Of a stretch of DNA of 64,000 nt, positions 9,784 to 19,907 are shown one piece after another; the first letter of the stretch is position 1; each line of letters starts with the position of its first letter. Source of the stretch: Planctomycetota bacterium (GTDB lineage: Bacteria; Planctomycetota; UBA8108; SXIK01); the NCBI GenBank assembly GCA_965223845.1, contig CBDCXR010000004.1, positions 704,001-768,000 of the forward strand, written 5' to 3'. The notes beneath the pieces were generated by a model. That model had not been told where the DNA came from, ran no database searches, and worked only from the letters and a program-made list of their open reading frames with translations. The position numbers were made by a program, and so were the translations under genes.

Positions 9784-10743
9784 ATGAGCGACGAATCCCC
9801 ACGCCCCGACGGCGCGATTCCCGTTCCCGATGTCTCGAATGCAGGGGATCCGGGCGCCGACCCGGTCGGCGGCGCGAGCGGAACCGTGGGAGGGGAGGCG
9901 GACGCCCGCGAAGCGGCCGGCCGAGCGGACGCGCCGAAGCGACGACGCGACATGCCGTCGAATCTGTGGATGCAGTGTCCGAGTTGCGCGCGGCTCGTCT
10001 ACAAGCCGAAGGTCGAAGAGAAGCTCAACGTCTGCCCCGAGTGCAATTACCACTATGAGATCTCGAGCCGAAAGCGGATCGAGATCATCGTCGATCCCGG
10101 AAGCTGGGAAGAGGACTTCACTGAGCTCTCGCCCCTCGATCCCCTCGAGTTTCGCGCGCTCAAGGCGTACCGCGATCGGCTCGATGTCGCGCAGTCGAAG
10201 ACCGGCCTCCGCGACGCCTGCGTCGTGGGGCGCGGCACCCTCAAGGGGGCGCCCGTCGTCCTCGGCGTGAGCGATTCCCGATTTCTGCGCGGCAGCATGG
10301 GCTCGGTCGTCGGCGAAAAGATCTGTCGAGCGACGGAGCTGGCGCAGGCGCGTTCCGAGCCCTTCATCTTCGTGAGTGGATCCGGTGGTGGAGCGCGGAT
10401 GGACGAGGGGATCTTTTCCCTCATGCAGATGGCGAAGACGAGCGCTGCGCTCGCGCGATTCGACGACGCGGGGGGGCTCTTCATCTCCGTACTCACCAAC
10501 CCGACCATGGGTGGTGCGATGGCGAGCTTCGCGGCTCTCGGCGACCTCGTCCTCGCGGAGCCGAAAGCACTGATCGGCTTTGCCGGGCCGAACGTCATTC
10601 GCCAAACGATCAAGTCAGAGATTCCCGACGGCTTCCAGACGTCGGAGTTTCTGCTCGAGCACGGATTCCTCGACGGAATCGTCAACCGCCACGAGCTGCG
10701 CGATACGCTGGCGTACTATCTCGAGATGTTCGTCGCTTCCTGA
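9784..10743 (+). CDS. accD: Acetyl-CoA carboxylase carboxyltransferase beta subunit
   Basis: Zn finger WMQCPSC...CPEC, GSMGSVVGEK, GGARMDEG, LMQMAKT, PTMGG, AEPKALIGFAGP, FQTSEFLLEHG. Confidence 0.95.
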   Translation: MSDESPRPDGAIPVPDVSNAGDPGADPVGGASGTVGGEADAREAAGRADAPKRRRDMPSNLWMQCPSCARLVYKPKVEEKLNVCPECNYHYEISSRKRIEIIVDPGSWEEDFTELSPLDPLEFRALKAYRDRLDVAQSKTGLRDACVVGRGTLKGAPVVLGVSDSRFLRGSMGSVVGEKICRATELAQARSEPFIFVSGSGGGARMDEGIFSLMQMAKTSAALARFDDAGGLFISVLTNPTMGGAMASFAALGDLVLAEPKALIGFAGPNVIRQTIKSEIPDGFQTSEFLLEHGFLDGIVNRHELRDTLAYYLEMFVAS

Positions 10744-11009
10744 ATCCGTACTTCGCAGCGATCGTACGGACGGCCTCGAACACGCTCGTCGACCGATAAC
10801 GCGACGGATGGTCTCGCTCCGCGTCGCCGCGACGAAACGGCTCCGAATCCGCGGGGCCCGAAAATCCGGCTTCAGACGCTTCGCGGCACGGTCGAGATGA
10901 GGGAAGACGCGATCGTGGAGCGCCCGCATTCGCCGAGCGGGTCGTCGCGAACGCCGCCAGCGGTGCGCAGATCTCTTCGGCCCGGTTCCAGAATCAGGAA
11001 GGTGACAGA

Positions 11010-11408
11010 ATGGAGAGAGGACGGATCCTTCTCTTGGGGAAGACGAAAGAGCAGACGTACGAGGTGCGAAATCTTCTCGATACGCGCAAGTTCGAAATCG
11101 AGATCGCACTTTCGGTCGACGTTGCAAGAACCGTACTCGCGCAGCGGTACATGAATCTGCTCGTCGTGCACACCGAGGTCCCCGAGAGCGATCTCGTCGA
11201 GTTCTTCTCCTTCGTCGAGGAGCAAGCGATCGATCTCCACCTTCTCGTATTCGGCGAGGAGACGACCGCCGTTCGCGACAAGGTCCCGGAGTGGATGGAG
11301 ATCAGCTACTTCGAGAAGCCGTACGCGGCCGACGAAGTGTACCGCTGCATCGAGGGACTCGAAGAGAAAGCGGCGCAGGGTGGCGTGGGAGCGAGCCCGT
11401 ACAACTGA
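11010..11408 (+). CDS. Stand-alone degenerate receiver (CheY-like) domain protein
   Basis: (beta/alpha)5 pattern RILLLG...NLLVVH...LLVFG...YFEKPY; Lys-Pro retained but acidic pair and phospho-Asp absent; AGGAAGG upstream, terminator downstream. Confidence 0.6.
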   Translation: MERGRILLLGKTKEQTYEVRNLLDTRKFEIEIALSVDVARTVLAQRYMNLLVVHTEVPESDLVEFFSFVEEQAIDLHLLVFGEETTAVRDKVPEWMEISYFEKPYAADEVYRCIEGLEEKAAQGGVGASPYN

Positions 11409-11430
11409 CAAATCCAGTTGGGTTGGGTGC

Positions 11431-11464
11431 AAGCCGAAGGCGAAGCGCCTTCGGCTTTTTTTTT
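11431..11464 (+). terminator. Rho-independent terminator
   Basis: aagccgaaggcg-aag-cgccttcggctt followed by a T run. Confidence 0.92.
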
Positions 11465-11598
11465 GTGTCGGGAAGGCACGGTCGTCGGACGCCATCGAAA
11501 CGGCTGAGAAATGCGGGCGATTCTGCGGCCGACGGGCAACAATCAGACGCGACACCGTTGCCGAGAATCACGCTCTACCTCCGACGTTCGATGCCCGC

Positions 11599-12615
11599 AT
11601 GACGCTTTTCGACGAACTCCGCCACCTCGAGCAGCAAGGGATCGACCTTATCGAGATCGTCGGTCAGGATCGACATCTCGAGTCACCGGCGCAGTTGCAG
11701 GAGCTCGTCCGCCGCCTCGGATCGTCGGGGGGGGATCTCTGCGCGGAGCTTCTCTTTCTTCTCACTTACCGGAGGTTTCCGACCGAAGAGGCGGAGCAGC
11801 TCTGGGCCGAAATCTCTCGGCGGCGGCGCGAGATGGCGAGCGCGCTGCGTCGAGACGTCAGCTTCCGAGTGGCGGCGCTCGACTATCTGTCGGCGGCCGC
11901 GGGCACGAGCTCGCCGACCGGTGACACCGAGCGCGATGGGCTGATCCGGGGGGCTCGGATCATCGACCGCGCCGAATTCGAGAAGCTCCTCACTTACGTC
12001 AACATCGACGAGGTGACGTCCGCCTACACGCGGCGCTACTTTCAGGAGCTCATCCAGAGAGAATTCCACCGCGCGCGCCGCTACGGGCACTCGCTGTCGC
12101 TTCTGCTCCTCGACGTCGACGACTTCAAGCGAATCAACGACGAGCACGGACACGTCGAGGGCGACGCCTTTCTCCGAAAGCTCGCGCGACGATTGAAAGC
12201 AGCGAGCCGCGCCACCGACGGTGTCTGTCGGTTCGGCGGGGACGAGTTCGCGATCGTGCTCCCCGAAACCGACTCGCGCTCCCTGCGCGTCGTTGCGGAT
12301 CGAATCGTCCGTGACGTGCGCGAGATGGGACGGGACGAGCCGGGTGCCGAAGAGAGCAGCGACTGGGGCGACGTCTTCACGAGCGCGAAGCTCGGGCAAA
12401 ACGGCGACGGAGCGGACGGCTCCTTCGGCATCACGGTGAGCGTCGGTGGCGCGACCTATCCGACGCACGTCGATGAGATCGAAGAGCTGATCGCGCTCGC
12501 CGATCAGATGTGCCTCGAAGCGAAGCGCGCCGGAAAGAACCAGGCTCGAATCAGCGACGCCGGAGACGATTGGACTCTCGACGATGACGAAGCGGAGTCG
12601 CGCGAGTCAATCTGA
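11599..12615 (+). CDS. Diguanylate cyclase (GGDEF) with uncharacterised helical N-terminal domain
   Basis: DEVTSAYTRR, DVDDFKRINDEHGHVEGD, RATD I-site five residues before an intact GGDEF, TVSVG, ADQMCLEAKRAGKN. Confidence 0.92.
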   Translation: MTLFDELRHLEQQGIDLIEIVGQDRHLESPAQLQELVRRLGSSGGDLCAELLFLLTYRRFPTEEAEQLWAEISRRRREMASALRRDVSFRVAALDYLSAAAGTSSPTGDTERDGLIRGARIIDRAEFEKLLTYVNIDEVTSAYTRRYFQELIQREFHRARRYGHSLSLLLLDVDDFKRINDEHGHVEGDAFLRKLARRLKAASRATDGVCRFGGDEFAIVLPETDSRSLRVVADRIVRDVREMGRDEPGAEESSDWGDVFTSAKLGQNGDGADGSFGITVSVGGATYPTHVDEIEELIALADQMCLEAKRAGKNQARISDAGDDWTLDDDEAESRESI

Positions 12616-13908
12616 GCTCGGCCCGGATGCGTCGGCCGAATCGGTGGGCGATGCCGCGAGCACCGCCGGTGCCGACTCCCTCGCGTGGTCCTTCCCCGCG
12701 TAGACGCCGAAGTCGTTGAACCAGAACTTCTTTGCCAAGCGGTACGCCCAGCTCCGTTCGGGGATCTGTTCGATCGGATTGTACTGCGACGTCCGTACGG
12801 TCATCGCCTCGAGCTCGGCCAACGCAGAGCCGCGCGCCGTGACATCGGCTGCCCCGTGGCGAGCGATGACCTCGCGGAGGAGATCCGGACGCTCGAGCAC
12901 GATGCAGCCGCGCGTCGTCGCGGCCGCCGTCTCGCGAAAGTCGCGCAGGAATTCGCTCTCGACGAACTTCTCGCGGAGTGGACGGTCGTCGCGACCGCGC
13001 GGCCCATCCTGGTGGATGGACTCTCGGCTGAACTGAACGATCGGACAGGGCTCGATGTCGCCCCACGGATTGATGTGGTGGCTCACTCCGTTGACCGCGG
13101 GACAGAGGGCCCGCCCCTCGCCGTCGAAGTAGGCATCGATGATGATGATCGGCTTCCGTGCGCGCATCTCGACGACGAAGCGCCGCGCGCGAAGCTGCTG
13201 CTCGGGGCTGAGCGCGAGCTCGGGCGAGGCGTCGGGGCCCATCGGCCGGTACACGTGAAACCACGTGTAGAAGACGCCCATCTCGATTAGGCGGTCGATC
13301 CACTCCTCGGTGAGGAGATCGTCGACATTGGTTTGGCAGAGACTCGTGCAGACGCCCGTCAGTACCTTGTTCTTGAGGCAGTTCTCAATCCCCGCCATCG
13401 TCTTCGAGTACACGCCTTCGCGACCCCGGCGCTCGTCGCTGACGATCTCGTTCCCCTCGACACTGATGAGGGGGGTGACGTTGCCGAACTCGTGGAGCCG
13501 GCGCGCGACGTCGTCCGTGATGAACTGACCGTTCGTGAAGACTTGGAAGTAGCAGTCCGGGTGATCGGCGAGGATGTCGAGCAGCTCCGGATGCATGAAC
13601 GGCTCTCCACCGACGATCCCGAAGAAGACATTGCCTTCCGCTTTCGCTTCGGTGATGAGGCGCTCCATCGCTCCGCGGTCGATCGTCTGCTGCTCGTGCG
13701 CGACGTCGACCCAGCATCCCTGGCAGCGGAGATTGCAGCTGTTGATCACCGAGACGTAGAGGAACGGGGGAAAGTACTCGCCGCGGCGGAGGCGCTTCTT
13801 GTGCCGCTGAACCGAGCGCATCCCCTTCCAGCCCATGAGGTACGCGAGTTTCCAAACCGACCGCTTGTCGGCCTCGAAAAGAAGGCGGCGCGCGAGCTTG
13901 AAGTACAT
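12607..13908 (-). CDS. Radical SAM protein with C-terminal twitch/SPASM-like region
   Basis: CNLRCQGC, GGEPF, FTNG, C-terminal CPA...HINPWGDIEPCP; stop codon overlaps the convergent GGDEF gene by 9 bp. Confidence 0.9.
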   Translation of the reverse strand: MYFKLARRLLFEADKRSVWKLAYLMGWKGMRSVQRHKKRLRRGEYFPPFLYVSVINSCNLRCQGCWVDVAHEQQTIDRGAMERLITEAKAEGNVFFGIVGGEPFMHPELLDILADHPDCYFQVFTNGQFITDDVARRLHEFGNVTPLISVEGNEIVSDERRGREGVYSKTMAGIENCLKNKVLTGVCTSLCQTNVDDLLTEEWIDRLIEMGVFYTWFHVYRPMGPDASPELALSPEQQLRARRFVVEMRARKPIIIIDAYFDGEGRALCPAVNGVSHHINPWGDIEPCPIVQFSRESIHQDGPRGRDDRPLREKFVESEFLRDFRETAAATTRGCIVLERPDLLREVIARHGAADVTARGSALAELEAMTVRTSQYNPIEQIPERSWAYRLAKKFWFNDFGVYAGKDHARESAPAVLAASPTDSADASGPSSD

Positions 13909-14037
13909 GGAGGAAGCGACTGCGTTCGCGTTGGCGGGTAGGGTGCGATCGTCCGGATTCGGTCAGCGCAAGACTCGACGGAGTCTACCAGTCGATGCGT
14001 CGTCCCTCGAACGAAAACCCTCCGTCGGGGCGAGGCG

Positions 14038-15018
14038 CTACGAGGCTCTCCTCAGCAGGATCCAAAGAAAGAACGGACCTCCGACGAGAGCCGTCAAGAC
14101 TCCGGCGGGCAGCTCGGCCGGCGCAACGAGCGTGCGCGACGCGGCATCGCATAAGCCGAGCAAAACGCCTCCGACCAACGCCGAGGAGAAAAAGAGCGTG
14201 CGGTGATCCGACCCGGCGAGCCTCCGTGCGATGTGGGGACCGAGGAGCCCGACGAATCCGATGGGGCCGCAGACGGCGACGATCGCAGCGACCATCAACG
14301 TCGTACCGAGGACGATGAGGGCGCGCGTCCGCTGGATGTCGACACCGCGGCTCGCCGCGATTTCATCGCCGTTCACGATGAGATCGAGCTCCGTCCGGAG
14401 CCCGAAGATGATGGCGGCGCCGGCCGCGACGAAGGGAAGCGTCCGGGCGACGTCGTCGTAGCCTACGACTCCGGAGAATCCGCCGAGGAGCCAGCGCACG
14501 ATGCGAAAGGAATGCTCGAGATCGCTCGTGTACTGAACGAAGAGCGTCAAGCTCGAGAACGAGTACGCGACCGCCACTCCGGCGAGAAGAATCGTCGCGG
14601 CGTCGACCGCGCGACGACGCCACGTGAGCGCTCCGACGAGCCCGATCGAGAGGACGGCGCCGAGAAACGCGGTCACGGTGACCGGCGATATCCCTGCGAT
14701 GCTGAACGTCAAGCCGAGCCGGATCGCTAGCGCAGCACCGAGCGCGGCTCCGCTCGAGACGCCCAGCGTGAACGGCGTTGCGAGCGGGTTGTGGAAGAGC
14801 GCCTGGAACGCCATTCCGCCGAGCGCGAGTCCCGCACCGGCGATGCAAGCCACCAGCGTGCGCGGCACGCGGATCTCCCACAGGATGCGCATGTCCAGCG
14901 AGGCCGTATCCCCGGACCAATAGAGGGACGGGGAGAGCAACTCCGGTCCGACGAGGGGGAGGGCGGCGAGGAGGAGAAAGGCGATCGCGACGGCCGCCAA
15001 TCGAGTGCGAGTCCTCAA
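14038..15018 (-). CDS. FecCD/BtuC-family ABC permease
   Basis: WEIRVPR, QALFHNPLATPFTLGVSSGA, GPIGFVGLLGPH, ELPAGVLTALVGGPFF; TTG start overlapping the ATPase stop (TTGA). Confidence 0.92.
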   Translation of the reverse strand: MRTRTRLAAVAIAFLLLAALPLVGPELLSPSLYWSGDTASLDMRILWEIRVPRTLVACIAGAGLALGGMAFQALFHNPLATPFTLGVSSGAALGAALAIRLGLTFSIAGISPVTVTAFLGAVLSIGLVGALTWRRRAVDAATILLAGVAVAYSFSSLTLFVQYTSDLEHSFRIVRWLLGGFSGVVGYDDVARTLPFVAAGAAIIFGLRTELDLIVNGDEIAASRGVDIQRTRALIVLGTTLMVAAIVAVCGPIGFVGLLGPHIARRLAGSDHRTLFFSSALVGGVLLGLCDAASRTLVAPAELPAGVLTALVGGPFFLWILLRRAS

Positions 15019-15872
15019 CACGTCGAGTCCTCTGCGGCGTCGTTTCGCTCGAGAGAAGGAAACTTTCGCGGGACGACGAGCGTCGCGCCGCTCGACGGAT
15101 GGGGAACGGTGTCGAACTCGACGCCGAAAAGATTCGCGACGGCTCCACTCGCGACGCCGTCCTCTCCGCTTCCGTCGTAGACGAGGCGCCCGCCGTGGAG
15201 ACCGAGCCAGCGACCGCCGAGCTGGAGTGCCTCGGTGAGATCGTGCGTCACGGTGACCAAAGTGAGACCGCACTCGGAGTGGAGCCGCGCGAGGAGCGCG
15301 ATCACCTCCGCCTGATGGCCGTAGTCGAGGTGAGCCGTGGGTTCGTCGATGAGGAGAACGCTCGGCTCCTGCGCGAGAGCGGCTGCGATGAGGACGGACT
15401 GAAGCTCGCCTCCGCTCAGTCGACTCACGTCGCGCGACGCGAGCTCGCCGACGCCTGCCGTCGCGATCGCGAGCTCGACCCGCGCGCGGTCATCGGGCGA
15501 CGGTCGCCCGCCGAAGCGGAGGTGCGGGTACCGGCCGAGAGCGACGAACTCTTCGACGGAGAAGCCGCCCGGCGGTGTCCACGACTGCGGAACGTAGCCG
15601 ACTCGCCGCGCGATGTCCTTCTGCGCCAAACTCGTCAGGGGTGACCCGAAGAGCTCGACCCGGCCGCGCGTCGGAATCAAGACTCGGTTGAGGAGGCGAA
15701 GGAGCGTCGTCTTTCCGGCTCCGTTCGGCCCGACGACGACCACGGATTCGCCCTCGTTGATAGCGAGCGAGATGTCCTCGAGGATCGCGCGTCCTCCCGC
15801 CTTGTACTCGAGTCCAGCCGTCGAGATCGCGGCCGTCGTCGGGAGCGCAGCCGCAGCGGGCGCGGGAGTCAC
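15015..15872 (-). CDS. ABC ATP-binding subunit (BtuD/FecE type)
   Basis: GPNGAGKTT, YVPQ, LSGGE, LLIDEPTAHLD, VTHD. Confidence 0.93.
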   Translation of the reverse strand: MTPAPAAAALPTTAAISTAGLEYKAGGRAILEDISLAINEGESVVVVGPNGAGKTTLLRLLNRVLIPTRGRVELFGSPLTSLAQKDIARRVGYVPQSWTPPGGFSVEEFVALGRYPHLRFGGRPSPDDRARVELAIATAGVGELASRDVSRLSGGELQSVLIAAALAQEPSVLLIDEPTAHLDYGHQAEVIALLARLHSECGLTLVTVTHDLTEALQLGGRWLGLHGGRLVYDGSGEDGVASGAVANLFGVEFDTVPHPSSGATLVVPRKFPSLERNDAAEDSTC

Positions 15873-16822
15873 GGCTCCGAGCTCCCCGCGGGAGCTTCAG
15901 CCGTCGAGTTCGGGATCGAAGCCGAATCGGGATGGAGGCAGGCAGCCAGCTCGCGGGCCGTCCGAAGGATGCGCGGACCCGGAATCGAGACGTGATCGCC
16001 GGCGAGAACGTAGACGCGATCCGTGTCGACCGCTCGAACTCCGGTAAGCTCCATCCACGGTGACGCGGCCGCAGCCTCGGTGAGGCCGACGGCCTCGGGA
16101 TCGGGGATCAAGTCGACGATGACGTCGGGATCGAGGCGGAGGATCCCTTCTCGCGAAACGGCCGGGTAGCGGATCGCCGCGCCGCGGTAGGCGTTCGTGC
16201 CGCCGGCGATGGCGAGAAGGTCCGCGTAGAACCCTTCCGTGCCGGCCACGAAGATCTCGCTCAGCTTCTTCTCCTGGTAATCGCGTCCGACGACGAGAAG
16301 CACCCGGGGGCGCGGTCGATCGCGCGTGCGGTGAGCGATCGCGTCCAACTCTGCGCTGAGGTCGTCGCGCAGCGCCACGCCGCGTCCGACGACACCGCAG
16401 CGATCACCGACCTTCGCGATCGAATCGAGGATGCTCTCGACGCTGCGGTGGTCGATGGTGAGGACCGCGAGGCCGAGACGCTCGAGCTCCTCCCGGCTCT
16501 CTCGTTGGGACGGGAGCAGGGCGACCAGATCCGGCTCGAGACCGAGAATCGCTTCGTAGCTCGGATCGTGATAGCCGCCGACTTCGGTCTTGTTGCGCAC
16601 CTCAGCGGGGAATCGACAGAAGCGTGTCACGCCGACGACCCGGTCGCCGAGACCGATCGCGAAGAAGACCTCCGTGATGCTCGGGGCCATCGTGACGATG
16701 CGCTTCGGGACGGGATCGGCGCCACTCCGTGGTGACGGAGCGCCCCCCGGATGGGATGGCCACATCCACAGGACGAGACCCGTGACGACGACGAGCGCCG
16801 CGAGGCTCCAGCGATTCCACAT
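15869..16822 (-). CDS. Helical-backbone periplasmic binding protein (BtuF-like; cobalamin or Fe-siderophore)
   Basis: N-terminal hydrophobic anchor; RIVTMAPSITE, GVTRFCRFP, PSYEAILGLEPD, PGPR; 4-bp overlap with the ATPase gene. Confidence 0.88.
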   Translation of the reverse strand: MWNRWSLAALVVVTGLVLWMWPSHPGGAPSPRSGADPVPKRIVTMAPSITEVFFAIGLGDRVVGVTRFCRFPAEVRNKTEVGGYHDPSYEAILGLEPDLVALLPSQRESREELERLGLAVLTIDHRSVESILDSIAKVGDRCGVVGRGVALRDDLSAELDAIAHRTRDRPRPRVLLVVGRDYQEKKLSEIFVAGTEGFYADLLAIAGGTNAYRGAAIRYPAVSREGILRLDPDVIVDLIPDPEAVGLTEAAAASPWMELTGVRAVDTDRVYVLAGDHVSIPGPRILRTARELAACLHPDSASIPNSTAEAPAGSSEP

Positions 16823-16984
16823 CGGGCTCAGACGACCGGGCGCGTAGACAGACGAGGGGGAACACCGAGACGAGACCAGCCGATCTTACCTCAACCGATT
16901 TCCGAAACCGACGAACGGGTTGAGCTTCGGTGGGAGATTCGGTAGGGTACGCAGCTCTCGCGGCGGGGCTGCCTGTCGTACGGG

Positions 16985-17061
16985 GGGCGTTTAGCTCAGT
17001 TGGCTAGAGCACTAGCTCGACAAGCTAGGGGTCACTGGTTCGAGTCCAGTAACGCCCACCA
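16985..17061 (+). tRNA. tRNA-Val (anticodon GAC) with encoded CCA
   Basis: Acceptor GGGCGTT/AACGCCC, D arm GCTC/GAGC, anticodon stem CTAGC/GCTAG with loop TCGACAA, T arm ACTGG-TTCGAGT-CCAGT, 3' ACCA followed by a T run. Confidence 0.96.
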
Positions 17062-17124
17062 TTTTTTCTCGGTGTTTCCACCGCTCCGCGCCGACGTTCT
17101 CCGCTTTCCCCGGGTGGGGGGGAG

Positions 17125-18018
17125 CTAGGCGGGTACGCAGTCCTCGGGTTCGTATTCAACCTCTTCGCGCGCGGCGCGAGGCGAGTCCGGCCCCTCGGTT
17201 GCGGGATCCTCGTCCGGTGAGGCGTCCGCGTTCACGGCCGGCGAGCTCGAGGGCTCGACGGCGAGGCGGCGGCCGTTTGGATCGAGGAACGAAGCGTTCC
17301 CGAGCTTCCAGTTCTGCAGCCGAAACTGAAGCGACGTCTTCAGGACACCGAGACCGTAACGCACGCTGCGGGCGAACGAGATCGAGCTCGAGTCGCCGTC
17401 GTAGAGCGTGGGACACGTGATTTCGGCGATCGCGAATCCGAAGTGGACGGCCTGCGTCAGCATCTGATTGTCGAAGACGAAGTCGTCCGAGTTCTCCTCG
17501 AGCGGAAGCTCTTCGAGGACTCGCCGCGAGAACGCTCGGTAGCCCGTGTGGTACTCCGATAGCTTGTGTCCGAGAAGAACGTTCTGAGCGAGCGTCAGGA
17601 ACCGGTTCGCGATGTACTTGTAGCGCGGCATGCCGCCGCGGAGCGCGCCCGTCCCGAGAATGCGCGAGCCGAGGGCGACGTCGTAGAGGCCGGATGAGAC
17701 CGCCGCGGCGAGTGCCGGAATCAGTCGCGGGGTGTACTGATAATCCGGGTGGAGCATCACGACGATGTCCGCGCCGCACGCGAGCGCTTCGCGGTAGCAC
17801 GACTTCTGGTTGGCGCCGTACCCGCGGTTCTCGGGATGAACGACGACGCGCGCGATTCCGACGTCGGCGGCCGCGACGGCCGTACCATCGCGACTCGCAT
17901 CGTCGACGAGAATGACGTCGTCCACGATCTCGCGCGGAATTTCCCGGTAGGTCTTCGCGAGCGTTGCCTCGGCGTTGTACGCGGGCATCACCACGCAAAC
18001 TCGTTTCCCGTTGATCAT
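17125..18018 (-). CDS. GT2 glycosyltransferase (polyprenol-phosphate sugar synthase-like)
   Basis: [49 protein letters not shown]. Confidence 0.92.
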   Translation of the reverse strand: MINGKRVCVVMPAYNAEATLAKTYREIPREIVDDVILVDDASRDGTAVAAADVGIARVVVHPENRGYGANQKSCYREALACGADIVVMLHPDYQYTPRLIPALAAAVSSGLYDVALGSRILGTGALRGGMPRYKYIANRFLTLAQNVLLGHKLSEYHTGYRAFSRRVLEELPLEENSDDFVFDNQMLTQAVHFGFAIAEITCPTLYDGDSSSISFARSVRYGLGVLKTSLQFRLQNWKLGNASFLDPNGRRLAVEPSSSPAVNADASPDEDPATEGPDSPRAAREEVEYEPEDCVPA

Positions 18019-18140
18019 CGCCTGTCCCGTGGCTCCGCGTGTCCGACTGAAGGCGGTCGGCGGATCCGCCGACGGAGGTCCGCCGATGTCTTTTTCGGAC
18101 GTTAGCCGCCGAATTCTTGACGGCGAGTCGCTCGCGCGGG

Positions 18141-19373
18141 CTACGCGTCGTCGTCGCCGAGAAGGCGGAACGATCCGCGCTCGACCGCTTCTCCGAGCCG
18201 GTCGATCACGGAGATCGACTCCGGCTCCGGATCTTTTTGAAGGGCGGAGGCGCGACTCGCGCAAAGGACCGCGATGGCGAGGAGAGGGACGACGAGAAAC
18301 GCGCCGACGAGGATCGCCCGCAGTCCGGCGACCGCACCGATCACCGGGCGCTCGCCGCGTCCGCCCGCCCTCGCGAGCGAGTCGAAGTCGTCCGTGCCGA
18401 GAAGGTCGCTCTCGTTCGGCCAATCCTCCTCGATCTCCGAGGGAGATTCGATTCGCGTTGGCGACGGCGGTGAAGTGGCCGTCGCCTTTCCCGTCGCGGG
18501 ATCAGCCGGCGCCGGAATCGGGGCCGGGGCCGGGGGGCGCCGCTCGCCTTCATCCGTTGTCGGGGGCGCCGCGCCGGGACGATTCGCTTTGCTTTCCGCG
18601 GCCGTGCCGAGCGGGGCGGTCTGTTCTTCCGTGAGGAAGCAGGTCTTGTTGGGATCCGCCGAAAGCTCGTGCTCGGCGAACGCCGAGAGTCGTTTCGGCT
18701 CGGAGCGCTGCTCCTCGACGTTCTGGATGAGGGCGGCGTCCTTCATCGCGCTCGCCGAACGCTGCGAAACGTCCGCGTTCGCGCGGAGGAGCTTCCCGGC
18801 CGGTGTGACGAAGAGGGTCTCGCTGCACGACGGGCAGTGGAGCCGGCTCATTTTCGTGACCGGACGAACGGAGAGCGGCGATCGGCAATGGAGGCACCGG
18901 AACACGATCTTGCGGGCCGCTCTCGCCGGAGCTGCGCTTCCGGCATCGCTGCCGGGAGCCGCATCGTCCGGCGCGTCGCCGCGCTCGCCTGGTTTGACGA
19001 GGCGCAGCTTCGAGGGCGCCGTCGGTTTCGCTGCTGCCGCGCCGGCTTGCTGCCGAGCCTGCTTCTTGATCGCGATCGTCTCCGGGGAGAAGAGCTCGAG
19101 CTCGTTCCCGGCCATGGGAAACTCGGACGAGGACGGCGCTACGCCGGTCTCCGGAGCTGCCGCGGCCTGCTGCTTGCGGAGGGCGATGGTCCCCTGCGAG
19201 AACAGCTCGAGGTCGTTCGCGCTCAGTGGATTCGACGTCGGTGGCGCACTCGCTGCCGCGGGTGGGCTGCTCCCACCGCAGGGTCCACAGAGGTACTGCT
19301 CGCCGGGCTCGAGCGGCTGGTCGGAGTCGACGTGGATCACGTCGCCGCATTCTTCGCAGTATCTCAGTTCCAT
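18141..19373 (-). CDS. Double zinc-ribbon protein with Pro/Ala linkers, internal repeat and C-terminal membrane anchor
   Basis: CEEC...CGPC at the N-terminus, CLHC...CPSC centrally, duplicated LELFS-x2-TIA motif, hydrophobic segment near the C-terminus. Confidence 0.75.
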   Translation of the reverse strand: MELRYCEECGDVIHVDSDQPLEPGEQYLCGPCGGSSPPAAASAPPTSNPLSANDLELFSQGTIALRKQQAAAAPETGVAPSSSEFPMAGNELELFSPETIAIKKQARQQAGAAAAKPTAPSKLRLVKPGERGDAPDDAAPGSDAGSAAPARAARKIVFRCLHCRSPLSVRPVTKMSRLHCPSCSETLFVTPAGKLLRANADVSQRSASAMKDAALIQNVEEQRSEPKRLSAFAEHELSADPNKTCFLTEEQTAPLGTAAESKANRPGAAPPTTDEGERRPPAPAPIPAPADPATGKATATSPPSPTRIESPSEIEEDWPNESDLLGTDDFDSLARAGGRGERPVIGAVAGLRAILVGAFLVVPLLAIAVLCASRASALQKDPEPESISVIDRLGEAVERGSFRLLGDDDA

Positions 19374-19907
19374 CTACGCGCGGAGTCCCACGAGAATGAC
19401 TGTGCCGAGAAAGCCTCCCTCGAGGACGAGGAGGCTGACCGTCGTGACGTACCAGGACCGGGGCTTCGGTTGCGAGGCGAGGAAAACCGCGAGCCCGGCG
19501 CCGACGGAGAGCTCGAGCAGCGCGAGAACGGCGAGGCTGCCGATGTCTCCCGGCGACATGCTCCACCGCTCGACCCAGCCCGCGCCGATGCCGGCGATGA
19601 CGATGGCGATCACGCCGACGAGAACGATGTTCGTCGTGAACGCCGTGCGCCAAAGTCGCCGGACTTCGAACGGTCGGAGTCGCTGGGAGCCTGTCGCACC
19701 GATTCGCGGGCACACGATCGATCCGAGTACCCACGCGACGATGGCGAACTGAAGACACAGAACGGACGCGGCGTTCGCGAAGCGAAGCGGTCCGAAGATT
19801 CGCTCGAGAAGTGCCGCATCGGCCGTCACGTGATCGGTCGCGAGCGTCGCGAAGCCGTACGCACCGACAATCGCGGCGGTGTTCAAATAGAAGGAAGCGG
19901 TGCGCAT
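19374..19907 (-). CDS. Hypothetical integral membrane protein (about 5 hydrophobic segments)
   Basis: Multiple hydrophobic segments; stop abuts the ATG of the zinc-ribbon gene (TAG-ATG); start uncertain. Confidence 0.6.
   Translation of the reverse strand: MRTASFYLNTAAIVGAYGFATLATDHVTADAALLERIFGPLRFANAASVLCLQFAIVAWVLGSIVCPRIGATGSQRLRPFEVRRLWRTAFTTNIVLVGVIAIVIAGIGAGWVERWSMSPGDIGSLAVLALLELSVGAGLAVFLASQPKPRSWYVTTVSLLVLEGGFLGTVILVGLRA

Noticed and set aside
16823-16984. Cobalamin riboswitch upstream of the BtuF-like gene
   Set aside because: No B12-box or GCCACTG-type core on the minus strand; the gap is short and shared with the tRNA promoter
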